Of a DNA stretch of 64,000 bases, positions 10,500 to 36,249 are shown in pieces. Position numbers and translations under genes: made by a program. The stretch is taken from NCBI RefSeq assembly GCF_009914755.1, contig NC_060929.1, one strand, 5' to 3'. The stretch is from the human T2T-CHM13v2.0 reference genome, Homo sapiens. Numbering within the stretch: position 1 is the stretch's first letter; every line of letters begins with the position of its first letter. The notes under the pieces are model-generated. The model saw only the letters and a program-made list of their open reading frames with translations. It did not search any database and was not told the DNA's origin.

Positions 10500-10605
10500 G
10501 TACGGGCTGATGCGTGAGTGCTGGCACGCAGCGCCCTCCCAGAGGCCTACCTTCAAGCAGCTGGTGGAGGCGCTGGACAAGGTCCTGCTGGCCGTCTCTG
10601 AGGAG
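10500..10605 (+). CDS. FGFR4: FGFR4 exon 17
   Basis: tcgcag|G ... GAG|gtacag; [35 protein letters not shown]; 106 nt. Confidence 0.98.
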
Positions 10606-10734
10606 GTACAGCCCCTCCCACCCACCACCTCCCTCTGCCTGCTCCCCTCCAGGCCTCATCTGGCCTGACCGCGTGGACATGCGCCCCGTCCCATCCCGGG
10701 CGCTGCAGAGGCTGACCAGCTCCGTTCCCCACAG

Positions 10735-10884
10735 TACCTCGACCTCCGCCTGACCTTCGGACCCTATTCCCCCTCTGGTGGGGACGCCAGCAGCACCTGC
10801 TCCTCCAGCGATTCTGTCTTCAGCCACGACCCCCTGCCATTGGGATCCAGCTCCTTCCCCTTCGGGTCTGGGGTGCAGACATGA
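10735..10884 (+). CDS. FGFR4: FGFR4 exon 18 coding part (Tyr754 YLDL, C-tail, stop)
   Basis: ccacag|TAC; [20 protein letters not shown]...GSGVQT, TGA at 10882-10884; summed exon lengths give 2409 nt = 802 aa + stop. Confidence 0.98.
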   Translation, partial: YLDLRLTFGPYSPSGGDASSTCSSSDSVFSHDPLPLGSSSFPFGSGVQT

Positions 10885-11328
10885 GCAAGGCTCAAGGCTG
10901 TGCAGGCACATAGGCTGGTGGCCTTGGGCCTTGGGGCTCAGCCACAGCCTGACACAGTGCTCGACCTTGATAGCATGGGGCCCCTGGCCCAGAGTTGCTG
11001 TGCCGTGTCCAAGGGCCGTGCCCTTGCCCTTGGAGCTGCCGTGCCTGTGTCCTGATGGCCCAAATGTCAGGGTTCTGCTCGGCTTCTTGGACCTTGGCGC
11101 TTAGTCCCCATCCCGGGTTTGGCTGAGCCTGGCTGGAGAGCTGCTATGCTAAACCTCCTGCCTCCCAATACCAGCAGGAGGTTCTGGGCCTCTGAACCCC
11201 CTTTCCCCACACCTCCCCCTGCTGCTGCTGCCCCAGCGTCTTGACGGGAGCATTGGCCCCTGAGCCCAGAGAAGCTGGAAGCCTGCCGAAAACAGGAGCA
11301 AATGGCGTTTTATAAATTATTTTTTTGA

Positions 11329-11334
11329 AATAAA
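11329..11334 (+). terminator. FGFR4: FGFR4 polyadenylation signal AATAAA
   Basis: AATAAA ~445 nt after the stop, preceded by a U-rich element and followed by GU-rich tgtgtgcctgggtctt. Confidence 0.9.
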
Positions 11335-12396
11335 GCTCTGTGTGCCTGGGTCTTCCCTGAGCAACATGGAGTGGGGTGAGGTGGAGGGATCCCTCCAGCA
11401 GAGTTCTGCCTACAGGACACGGACTGAGGGCACTGGACCAGGCCATGGGCTCCGCCACCTCCACTGCCCCAGGAGCCAGTGTGTGCCTATCTGGGTCCGC
11501 CTGTCCCACCAGCCCCATCTTGTGTCTGCGACAGTGTGAATGAGTATTAATGGGCTGAGTCCGCATTGCACTATACACGGTGGGACTCCTGTACCCTCTG
11601 CACATGTGTGTGTGTGCATGTGTGCCCTGCAGCTGTCCCCAAGGGAGCTGGCAGCCCCCCTCCCCCATCTGCTCAGCATTAACCAAGCTGACCGTTAACA
11701 CAGCATGAAAATCTGAGAGCCAGCCTTAGGCCGCGGCCCGCTCCCACGCTCTGCCGGCTCAGGCTGGGGGCTTGTGGAGGCCATGCCCGCCCCGCCCTGG
11801 CCAGTCTCCCGGGCAGCAGCTGGTTGCCGCCCGCCTGGGCTGCAGCTGTCCCTGCCTGCCTGGTCTTCCACTGAGGAGCCGTCACAGCCCTGTACTCAGA
11901 GCTCCTCAGAGTGAGCAGCTTCTCAAGGCTCTGAGCCTGGAACCTCCTTCCCTGGCCCCATCCTGGCACGTACTGCTACTCCCCAGCCCCTGAGCCTTGA
12001 GTGGGCCATGGGGGGCCCAGGCATGGTGTCTGACCCAGCACTTGGCACTCTCCTGTCCTTTTCCTTACAGGCCTCAGGCTGGGACAGGACTGCCCAACCA
12101 GGACAGCCTTCATGGAGGCCATCGGGATTGCCCCCGTCTGCCCCCAGGGAGTGGTGGCTGAAAATGCATATGCGGTCAGAGGGGTCAGACAGAGGGATTG
12201 GAGGCTGGGGCCTCCTTGGAAGACTGAGCGTCAGCTCATGATTGTTTATCCTCACTCTGGGCTCCTCCCAGCTCTCAGCATAGCCTCTCCAGCTGACGGT
12301 ATCCCACACAGAACTCATCTTACCCCCAGAACTGTACCTCCTCCAGGGCAGGAACCAGGGAGTCACCTGACTACTTCCCTCAAGAACCCTGTTCCA

Positions 12397-12686
12397 GGCC
12401 AGGTGCGGCAGCTCACCCCTGTAATCCCAGCACTTTGGGAGGCCGAGGCGGGCGGATCACCTGAGGTCAAGAATTCGAGACCATTCTGGACAACATGGCA
12501 AAACCCTGTCTCTACTAAAAAATACAAAAATTAGCCGGGCATAGTGGGGCACACCTGTAGTCCCAGCTACTCAGGAGGCTGAGGCAGGAGAATCATTTGA
12601 ATCTGGGAGGCGAGGGTTGCAGTGAACCGAGATCGTGCCAGCCTGGGCTAGGGAGCAAGGCTCTGTCGCAAAAAAAAAAAAAAAAC
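12397..12686 (+). mobile_element. AluS
   Basis: Dimeric Alu with A tail; TSD aaccctgttcc / aaccctattcc. Confidence 0.9.
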
Positions 12687-13084
12687 AACCCTATTCCCTC
12701 ATGCGCTTCCACGGTCCAGCGTGGCTCCTGAGGCCAGCACTGCCACCTCTCTGATAATACTGTCTTTGCCCATGAGTAGGGTGCACCTGTCCCGCCTGCC
12801 TCCTGGGGCGTAGGGTTTAGGAGGAAGCACGTGCAGATGCACATAGGCTTGGGGGAGGGTGTGATGCGGAGGCCCATGGGTTGGGCTGCGGTGCTTCCCT
12901 GGGAGCCGGTGCTGGGGCTTTTGTGTCCCTGAGTGCCCCCCTCCGAGCCCTAGGTATCCAGCCTCCCTTTTGCTCCCTCCCCTGCAGGTGGCTCCAGAGG
13001 TAGCTTCCAAAAGCAGACTGGGTTTATGCTCCCTCCTGCTCTCAAAGACCCCCACTAACTCCCGAAAGCCCCCAGACTGACCAA

Positions 13085-13339
13085 CTTTCTTTTTCCTTCC
13101 TTCCTTCCTTCTTTTCTTCCTTCCTTCCTTCCTTCTTCCCTCCCTCTCTCTCTTTCTTTCTTTTTCTCTTTCTTTTCCTTCCTTCCTTTCCTTTCCTTTT
13201 GCTCCTTCCCTCCCCTCTCTGTCTTCCTTTCTCTCTTTCTCTCTCTCCTCCCTCCCTCCCTCCCTCCCTTCCTTCCTTCCTCTCTCTCTCTCCCTCTCTT
13301 TTTCTCTCTCTTCTTTCTTTCTTTCTCTCTCTTTCTTTC
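13085..13339. repeat. (CTTT/CCTT/CT)n polypyrimidine tract running into an antisense Alu tail
   Basis: ~250 nt nearly pure C/T. Confidence 0.95.
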
Positions 13340-13620
13340 TTTTTCTTTTTTTTTTTTTGAGACAAGGTCTTGATCTGTTGCCCGGATTGGAGTGCAGTAA
13401 TGCCATGGTCATGGCTCTGCTGCCTCAAACTCCTGGGCTCAAGCAACCCTCCCACCTCAGCCTGCCAAGTGTGTAGGACTACAGGTGCATGCCACCATAC
13501 ATGGATAATTATTTTTTAGTTTTTGTAGAGATGGGGTTTTGCTATGTTGTCCAAGCTGGTCTCAAACTCCTGGCCTCAAGCAATCCTCCCACCTTGGCCT
13601 CCCAAGGTTCCCAAGCCACT
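13330..13620 (-). mobile_element. AluJ-type
   Basis: Antisense Alu with ctcctgggctcaagcaa J-type arms. Confidence 0.85.
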
Positions 13621-14332
13621 GGACATTCTGACTGAGCCCCTCTCTCCAATGTATAGCCTCCCATTGGGGGGTCACTGTCCACTGACTGTGTCCGCCTGTC
13701 CAGCCAATCACAGGAGAAGCAGATCCCTTGGACCTGACCTTGGGAAGGAGAGGACTGGGAGATTAGAATCGTGTGTGAGGACAGTATTCTAAGGGGATGT
13801 GGAACAACAGCCCCATTTTCCAATTTCCCACCATGAGCCTGCTGCGGTGCCAGGCTCAACCAACCACGCTCTCCCCTGCCACAGCCTTGCCAAATAAAGA
13901 TTGTTCTTCCCATTTAACGATGGAGAAACTGAGGTCCAGGGTCACAAGAATGGGGCTCCAGGAAGGAGCTAGGCTGAACCCCAGGTTCCCAGAAGGCCAT
14001 GTGCACATTGGAGACCAGACCCAGGTCACTCAGAGTGACAGGGGCAGCTGCTGCCTGGTGGGTCCTGGGGGCCGGGAGGGGCTCAGCTGCCCACCCTGCA
14101 CCCCCTCCCTGCCAGCGTCCCTGGCAGGCACACGCTTCCTGGGGCCATTCCACATTCCTGATGTCCCATGTCAGAATGACACATATACTGCTAATTCCCC
14201 TATGCGAGCTCTGATGCTCCAGCTCTCTGCCCTCCCCTCCCCGCTCCCGGCAGCATGGCAGCAGCTGGGGCCTGGCCTCCCTGGTCTGCCTGGGTTCTAG
14301 CCTGTGACAGGGGCCCATAGAAAAAGCACTGA

Positions 14333-15250
<918 letters not shown>

Positions 15251-15427
15251 AGCACTGAGCCCACCTCTGCACTCTGCCTCTTGCTGGCTTTGTACATAAG
15301 GCAGGGTTCTGGTGGCATCAAGACAGTGACTCTGACTTGGGAAGCCCTAGCCAAGGGATGGAGGCTGCTGGCTGGGGAGTCAGCACCTGGGAGGGAGGGG
15401 GAGGCGCACGGTGGAGGGGAGGGGCTG

Positions 15428-16723
<1,296 letters not shown>

Positions 16724-17464
16724 TATGACCAAAATTACTCTCTCTGAGCCTCCTTTTTCCAACCAGTCACATAGGAATGATGACACCCACCTCAGAGCAT
16801 GGTTTCTACTGCTCTGTAAACAACAGCTGTTGCTGCACAGAGATCAGGAAGGAATGGCTTCCAGGGGTGGATTACTGTGCAGGTGCCATGATCTCATTTC
16901 CTTCTCCTGGCAGCCCTTCCACAAAGGCATTCTTGCCCCATTTTCCAGATGTGGACACTGAGGCTCTGAAGGTGGAAGTGACTGGCCCAGGGTCACAGGG
17001 GGGGAAAGTGAGAAAGTTGTTGCTCAGGGCCAGGTGCGCTGCCTGTCCCACGGAAGAGCCCACTCCCACAGCCTAGTCAGCCCGGCAGTTCTGAGGGTCA
17101 GGAGAGGCTCTGGGTGTGCATGAAGCAGGGGATGTCTGTGACTGAGATGTGCACACACAGGGGTGGATGGACAGTCACCACACCCAAGCACAGAGGTGCC
17201 TGTCTCAGTGCTCCTGCCTCCAGCCCCATGGCATTCGGTCCCTGCCCCTTCAGTCCCCTCCCATGGGCCACTCCTTCCTGGGGACACTCTTCCTACCACC
17301 TCCCGGGGACACACTTCCTACCGCCTCCCACGTGGCTGAGACCCACTTGCCCTTCAGATGTCACTCAAGCCTCAATTCTTGGGCAGCCTCCTCAGGTCCT
17401 CCATTCCAGGTCGGCTTCCAGGCTGGGCCCCATTCACAGGCTCTGGCGGCTGTCTCTGTAGTAG

Positions 17465-18506
<1,042 letters not shown>

Positions 18507-19657
18507 GAGAACCACAGTTTTAAAGAAGTCAATAAATGTACCTAGTTTCAACAATTAAAAAGCAATTCCAATGGTACAGAAAGGTTTTCACTGAAAAGCA
18601 ACTCCCCCCACCCCCTGCTCTCACTGTCTCCCTCCCCAGCAGAAACCGCCATCATTTCCTGGGTCTCCTTGCACGGCCCCCATCGCATGCTGTGTGGCCC
18701 TCAATCCAGTTCAGCTGTTACCAGTCTTGCTCCTCCCCGCAAAATCCCCACCCAGGTCAACGCCTGGTAGAACTGGGGTGCAGCAAAGTGTTTGCTGAAT
18801 GAAGGGAAGAAGGAGACCCATTCCCAGGTCCAGGCACAGTCAGGTGTGTACAGTCCACCCCGTACTGCCCACCCCTTCCCACATTCCCCGGGCCCTAACT
18901 GGGGACCCCCCACCCCTCCGCCTGCTGTGGGATTTGGCCTAATCCTGGAGGATGAGTGTGGGGCAGCTGCAGCTCCCACTGCGGGGAGAGTGCTTCCCTC
19001 TGGAGGAAATATCCTTTTTACTCTCTTGCTATCGAAATTTGACCTTCGTCGGCACCTGGGCCCCACGGCTGGGGCCCGTCCCTGAGAAGTGGTTGAGGAG
19101 GGGGCGTGAAATCGCCAACAGCTGAACTCACCCAGCTTTCCCCACATCCTCTCCATCCCTGCCACTGCTCACATTCCACAGCGCCAGCCCTTTCCGGGGC
19201 CCCCAGTGCCAGCCTCACGTTCTCGCGCTGGTACTCGGGGGCGCAGCCTGACATGGCCCTATTGACCTCACCACCGGCCCAAGGCACATGCTGTGGGCTC
19301 CTTGTAGTTCTGGAGCCTCCAGGCCCCCCTGGAACCCTTCAGGACTCCTAAGTGGACTCATTGGGAACTGTCTCCGCCTTACACTGCTAAGTGGAAAATT
19401 CGAGGCACGGGCAGTGTGTGGCGTGCGCCTGCATCGGTGTGAACTGTGAACCTGAGTTTGCAGGAATGCAACCGCTTGGGGATGGCAAGCAGGCACAATA
19501 GTTGGTTCCCTTCCCAGGAGGGGAAGTAGGTGGCTGGGGTGAGGGCAGGAAAGGACCTTACACTGTATATGCCTTTGTTTCCTTTGATTTTTGTACCTGG
19601 TACATGTATTACCTATCACAAAGAGGAAAAATGTTTCCAAAAAGAGAAATGAAAAGA

Positions 19658-20358
<701 letters not shown>

Positions 20359-21189
20359 TCACAAACTCCAGGGCCCAGTACCCTCCTAGGCAGTCACATT
20401 CAGGCCAAACCATCCTGCTGCCCACGTCACACAGCAGCCCAAGCCCAAATAGAGAACCACCTGACACAGCCTGAATGGGTCCCTGACCACTGCCAAGCTC
20501 CTTACTCGCCCCTCCCCTGTCTAGCCTCCAGCCCCATGACCTTTCTGTGTCTCCCTTGTCCCAAGCCCACTAGCACCCCAGGGCATTTGCACTGGCCACT
20601 ATCTTCACCTGGCTCTTCTGGCTCTCAGAATAAAAGTCAGCTCCTAAGATTGGCCTCCCCTGATCACCCTGGCCAAAGTCCTCTCTCTGTTATTCCATAT
20701 TTTAGACGTTTGTTTTCTTTGCGATGATCTTATTTGTTCACTCTTTACTGGCTCCCACCAAAAGGTGAGCTCTGAGAAGCCAAGGGCTGCGCCGCCAATG
20801 TCTACAATGGTGTCTGCCTAATAGTCCGTGCTCCATAGACGTTCATGGAAAAAAGACATGTTGAATAAATTTCCCAAATTCAGAATTCAAATCCCAGGCT
20901 GCTGAGCTGATCTCAGAGAGGCTCCAAAAAACTCTCAGGACCTGAGACAATGCTCCCAAAATATCCATGTTGCCTCCTGAGGGGACTGCAACCATGAGCC
21001 CCAGAGTGTCTGTAGGGGGTCCGGCAACCCCTTCTCATCCTCTGACCCGGTGGCCCAGCCCTGATGTCAGGATGGAGTCGCAGGGACAGCTCGGGACTGT
21101 TACTGCCCTTGAGGGACCTCCAGGCTGGGGGTGTCTGCTTATAAACCAGGATTCCCCAATACTGTGTGGGGGACAACATGGGAGACAAG

Positions 21190-23025
<1,836 letters not shown>

Positions 23026-23822
23026 TCAAGAAATGTTTACTGGGCACCTACCATAGGCCAGGTACTCTTCTAGTCACTGGGTATACCCAGTGAAGACAGA
23101 CCTGGCCCCTGCCCTGAGGAGTTTCGTATCTACAAATGGAGACAGATATTCAACAAACACCCAGGAAAATGCTGACTGTAATGAAACGCAGAGCTCTGAA
23201 GGTCAACAGCCTGCAGCTGTGAGTGCTGACGGTGGGGACTGATCCTGGCCGGCTCCGGCTCCGGCTCCGGCTCCGGGAAGGGTTCCCTGAGGGAATGATG
23301 TTTGAGTTGAAGGAGGAGAGCCTTGGCCTTGTGAAGAGTGGGAGGAAATGCATTCCAGGCAGACAGAATGGTCTCTGCAAAGGTCTGGAGGCAGGCAGGT
23401 GCAGGGCGAAGGTGAGGGCATCCGATCCAGCTCCGTGGACAGAGCACAAGAGTGAGGGGGAACACGGTGCCAGATGAGGCCAAACCCAGGGGGCCTCGTA
23501 GGCTGTGGGTTTATCCTAAGGCAAGTGACAAGACAGGAAAGCAAGGGGCTGGTGCAGATGGGCAGGCAGTGGAGGGGATTGTTGCAGCGCCTGGCTAGAC
23601 TCAGAGCCGGGAACCGGAACAGCCCCCCAAAGTACATGTGTGGCCTCCCAAGAAGACAGAAGTAAGAGCCCCAGAGCATCCACAGAGTGACCATCCACGC
23701 TGTCTCCCACTCTCTGGTCTGGGGCCAGCAGCGCCTCTGCACAGCTACATTCTGAGGCTCCCAGCTTGGCCAAGGGGATAGAGAAAAGTGGAAGGCCAGA
23801 TGCAGAATAAGAGGATTTGCTA

Positions 23823-24846
<1,024 letters not shown>

Positions 24847-26349
24847 AAAGGGGACTGGCTGATGGGGGGTGGGAGGGTGAAGGAGGTGATGGAGAACCTG
24901 GAGATGGGAAAGGACAGAAAGTTGAGTGAACAGGTGGCATCAGTGTGTTTCAGGGGCCTGAGGAGGGACCACAAGGGGGTGGACAGGGCAGATGATGATG
25001 AAAATGTCGCCAGACCAACACACTGTGCCTGACCGTGAAACAAACAACAGGAAGCCAGCAGCATCCCAATTTCACTATCCTTGTGCCTTTCACCCCAACT
25101 CTTCCCAGCCCCTTCCACGTCCATCCCTTGGCCTCGTCCTCTCCTTTCCTCCTCCATCTCTTTTTTTCTCTCTGGTCTGTCTGCCCTGTGAGGGGTCTCC
25201 AGGTAGAAGGAAGAGTTGGAGGGGACATGGTGGGGCGTTGTTGCCACCTGCTGGCAGCCACAGGAAGTGCATACTCCAGCCTGGTGCATGGTGCAAGCCT
25301 GAGCTGGGGACCCCGAGTCTTCCCCTGCTGGTGGTGATCGGGTGATTCCTGAAGGACCCTGGCTGGTGGTGATCGGGTGATTCCTAGACCCTGGCTCTAG
25401 GCACTGTGTTTTTCAGAACGATGCTGATAAGCCACTCTCCACCTTACTCAAGGGAATCGCTGATGGACAAAACCATAATTGCCCCTGCTCAAACCCTTCC
25501 CCATCCTCAGGCGTTGGTCCAAGCTCCATAATACGCTTAATAGGAGACCTTCATGATCTGGCCTTGGCCTCAGGCACAGCATCTTGTTCTCATTAGTTTC
25601 AGTGCCTTCCCCAGTGCACAGGACCTTTGCACCTGCCCTCTCTTCCTAGAACAGTCTCCCCGCTTCTGGTTTTCCAAACTCCTCCTCCTCTTTCGGGGTT
25701 CCAATTCCCCACCTCCCTGGAAGAGAGCTTCTAGCACCTCCACATTAAGCAGGGAGGATGAGCATCTCAAGCCATGGGAACAGCATGCGCGAAGGCCCAA
25801 GATGCTTCAAGGGGTTGGAAGAGGGCCAAAGGCCTGAGAGGGTGACGGGGTTGGCAGGGCTGTGGCAACAGGTACCATGGTCCTGGGTGATGGGTTGAGT
25901 CCCTGGTGAACAGTGGAAGGTCAAGGTTTTCAGTAGCAGCAGACATGGTCAGATATGTGTTTGGAAGGGCCCACGTAAGGTTGCCAAGTGCAAAAGGCAC
26001 TGACAAGGCAAAAGTGGGTTTGGGGGCAACAGGTGGGGGCTGCATAGGAGAGAGATGGTGGGGGCTTGGATCCTTGAGCCCCCCACTTCCTGCTGGCTGG
26101 GTCCTGAGCTGGGGCTCCCAGTCCTGTCTCCAGTCTTTCTGGGCTAGACAGGGGCAGCCCTGCAAGGTGCCAGCCTAATTCCTCTGCCTGACCTCCCTGA
26201 GGGGACTCTAGCGTACCCTGGTGTGCTCCACACCGGCCCTGGCTGCCTCCTCTGATAGCCCCACCCCACATGCATACCTCTTATACCCTCGTGTTAGGCA
26301 CCCACATGCTGCCTGCCTCTCTGAGCCAGCCCCTATGGCCTGTGGGAGC

Positions 26350-26680
26350 TGCCCTCCCATTCTACAGAGGAGGAAGCTTAGCCTCACAGCTGGGAAATAA
26401 GCTGAGAGCAGTAGGGAGGGGATTTGAACCTGGGTCTGTCTGCCCTCCCCACCATACTAGGCAGCCTAACAGTTACAGGCAGGACTCTGTCACATCCAGT
26501 GACTACATGACTTTGGGTGGACAGCTTTACCTTTCCCTGCCTCATTGTACTCTTCTGCAAAACGGGGACAATCGTAGTAATTGGCCCAGTGAGGTTTGTG
26601 AAGAGTAGGTAGAATGAATCCCCACAAGGCTCCAGCACAGCACCGGGCACACAGCAGGCACTCATCAATGGTTGCTTTTT
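26350..26680. mobile_element. MIR fragments
   Basis: cccattctacagaggagg...ggatttgaacctgggtctgtctg; gactttgggtggacag...cagcacagcaccgggcacacagcaggcactcatcaatg. Confidence 0.65.
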
Positions 26681-27046
26681 CCATGAATACTATCTCGGGA
26701 ACTGAACATGCTCACCGGGGAAATGCGCTTCATTTCAGTCAGGGAGAAAACAAAAGGAGCTCCAGGAGGACCAAGAAGGGAGGATAAAGTAGGGAGAATG
26801 GCTTGGGGAAGGTCTGGGCTAAGTCACTCTGAGTTCCAAGTACAGAGCAGGTGTTCAGGGCGCCAGCTGTGAGGAGCCTTGAATGCCACACTGAGAAGTC
26901 AACAAAAGTTCTAGAGCCAGAGAAGGCACCACCAGTACCCTAAGCCCAGGGGTAGGCTGCTCACTCCCCCAGAGATGACAGCACTGTAGGCAGTGGAAGA
27001 GGATGCTGGCAGCAGGGGCCCATCTCAGTCTTCATTGCACTCCATA

Positions 27047-29426
<2,380 letters not shown>

Positions 29427-29829
29427 CTAGGGAATGCACGTGCTGAGTGGATGACGATCCCTCGTGGAAACTGGGTGAATAATAAGCAAATGGGCCTGGG
29501 ATGGGGCACTGCGACACCTTTGTTTGTCAGGCAGGGAAAAGGGGAGACATGCCCATGACATGGAGGCATAGAGAAGGGTTTGTGAGAATTAGGAGGGATC
29601 AGGTAGGAGTGGGATGGCCTGGAAACCTGGTTGGTTCAAGTAGGGTAAAGAGTCAAATGCTTCTCAGAGTAAAGCAGCAAAGATGGTGAAACGTCACCGG
29701 ATTTGGCTACAGCGGCACTACTGGTGATCTGAAGCCAGGGTGCAGTGGGATCAGGAGGAAGATGAGGAAGAGGGGACAGGACAGTGGAGGGAAGGAGAAG
29801 CAGAGCCTGGTTGCAGGGTAGTTGACATT

Positions 29830-30480
29830 TTTCTCGGCCGTTTGTGGGCTGCCGGGAAGGAGCAAGAAGACAGGAAAGGGTTGGCGCTCCAGAGGCGAGA
29901 GAGGAGAAAGGGACACAAAAACCCATGGAAGCAATAGGGCGGGACTCAAAGCCCACGAGGAGGGCCGGCCCAGTTGTTCTCTGTCTCGTTTTCTAAGCGC
30001 TGCGGCAGGGCTGGTGGTGAATTCAGATAAACAGGCACAAAGGGCCAGTGGGGTCGCTAGCAAGATCTGGGACACGCTGAAAGTTAATAGGAATTGGCTG
30101 CCCTTTGCCGGCGCAACCCAACGTACAAAGATGATCTTTTCTGAGGCTCCACCGCCGCAGAGCCCTTCGCGCGGCCCACGGCACCAGCCGCCGCTGATTG
30201 GCCCGTGGCAGCCACCTGACCGAACGGACCAATAGGAGGCGTTCTCCCAGGAATGCGGCCCGCGTGTGGCCGGGAGCGGAAGCCCGACCTGAGTGCGGCA
30301 GGGCCCAGAGGCTGTGCTGGCCACGTGCACCCGGCTGGATTCCGCGGGCGCCGAACTGGGAGTGTGGAGCCGGGTCTCCCACTACCCTGTTCCGCCGGCC
30401 GAGGGAGTTGGGGAGGCCGCCTGTCCCAGACGCCCGGACCCTGTGTCCTTCTGATAAATTCCCCCTTTTTCTCTCGCTGG
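29830..30480. promoter_or_regulatory. Orphan CpG-rich promoter-like island
   Basis: Non-repeat CpG-dense segment with GC box at 29937, ATTGG at 30197, CCAAT at 30229, ETS GCGGAAG at 30276 and E-box CACGTG at 30322. Confidence 0.7.
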
Positions 30481-30575
30481 CTTCTGGGGCCATGTCCTTT
30501 TTACCCCCTCTGGTCCAAAGTAGTGTTTTAGGAGATTTGGAAGCAAGCAGAACCAAGTTGAAATTACTTGCTCCG

Positions 30576-35675
<5,100 letters not shown>

Positions 35676-36249
35676 TCAGCCCATGGTTGGGCCTAACCAG
35701 TGGGCACCCTCCACCTGTGACTGGAGTGATCTGGGCTGGAGCCCCAAGGTTATTCAGTCGTCCTCAGCTTCCTTGAGCCTACCGCCCCTCTCTTCTACCT
35801 CAGCTAATGATCTCACTTCTCACCTCTCCAAGAAAACAGAGGCACTGGCTGGGACTTCCTTCAATTTCCTTACCTTCCCACATAAAACACAGCTGAGGCC
35901 CCAGTTTGCCTTTCCCTCCAGTATCAGAGGTTGAGGCATTCGTCCTCTGGTCCATGGCCCATGCCTTCACCTGTGATCCCACCCACACACCCCGCACCTT
36001 CTTTGCCTCAGTCGTCTCTTGGTCTTGTACCTTCAACCTTCCCCTCTCAATTGGCCTCTTCCCAACAGGACTGTACTCATTCAATAATTTGTTCATTCAA
36101 TTCACAAATATTTATTGAGCATCTACTCTGCACCATGTCTTGCTCTACGCATTGGGAACAGACCAGTGAAGGAGTCCTCACCTCTTGGTGTTTCCATTAT
36201 AGACAACCAGAAAGACACGAGTATGAATAATAACAAGAACAAAAATCAA

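Noticed and set aside
12735-12755. Possible additional CTCF motifs (AGGTGGCAGT on - here; CCAGTAGTGCCGCTG on - at ~29709-29723)
   Set aside because: Half-matches only, with a mismatched 5' core or a missing base
12699-13455. 237-aa and 137-aa K/E/R-rich minus-strand ORFs
   Set aside because: Translation of an Alu tail plus the polypurine tract; no sign of a gene
19018-19287. 89-aa minus-strand ORF (MSGCAPEYQRENVRL...)
   Set aside because: No recognisable homology or splice structure; the region is better explained as regulatory. PhyloCSF would settle it
25327-25396. Direct repeats as a CRISPR-like array
   Set aside because: Only two adjacent units, no spacers, eukaryotic context
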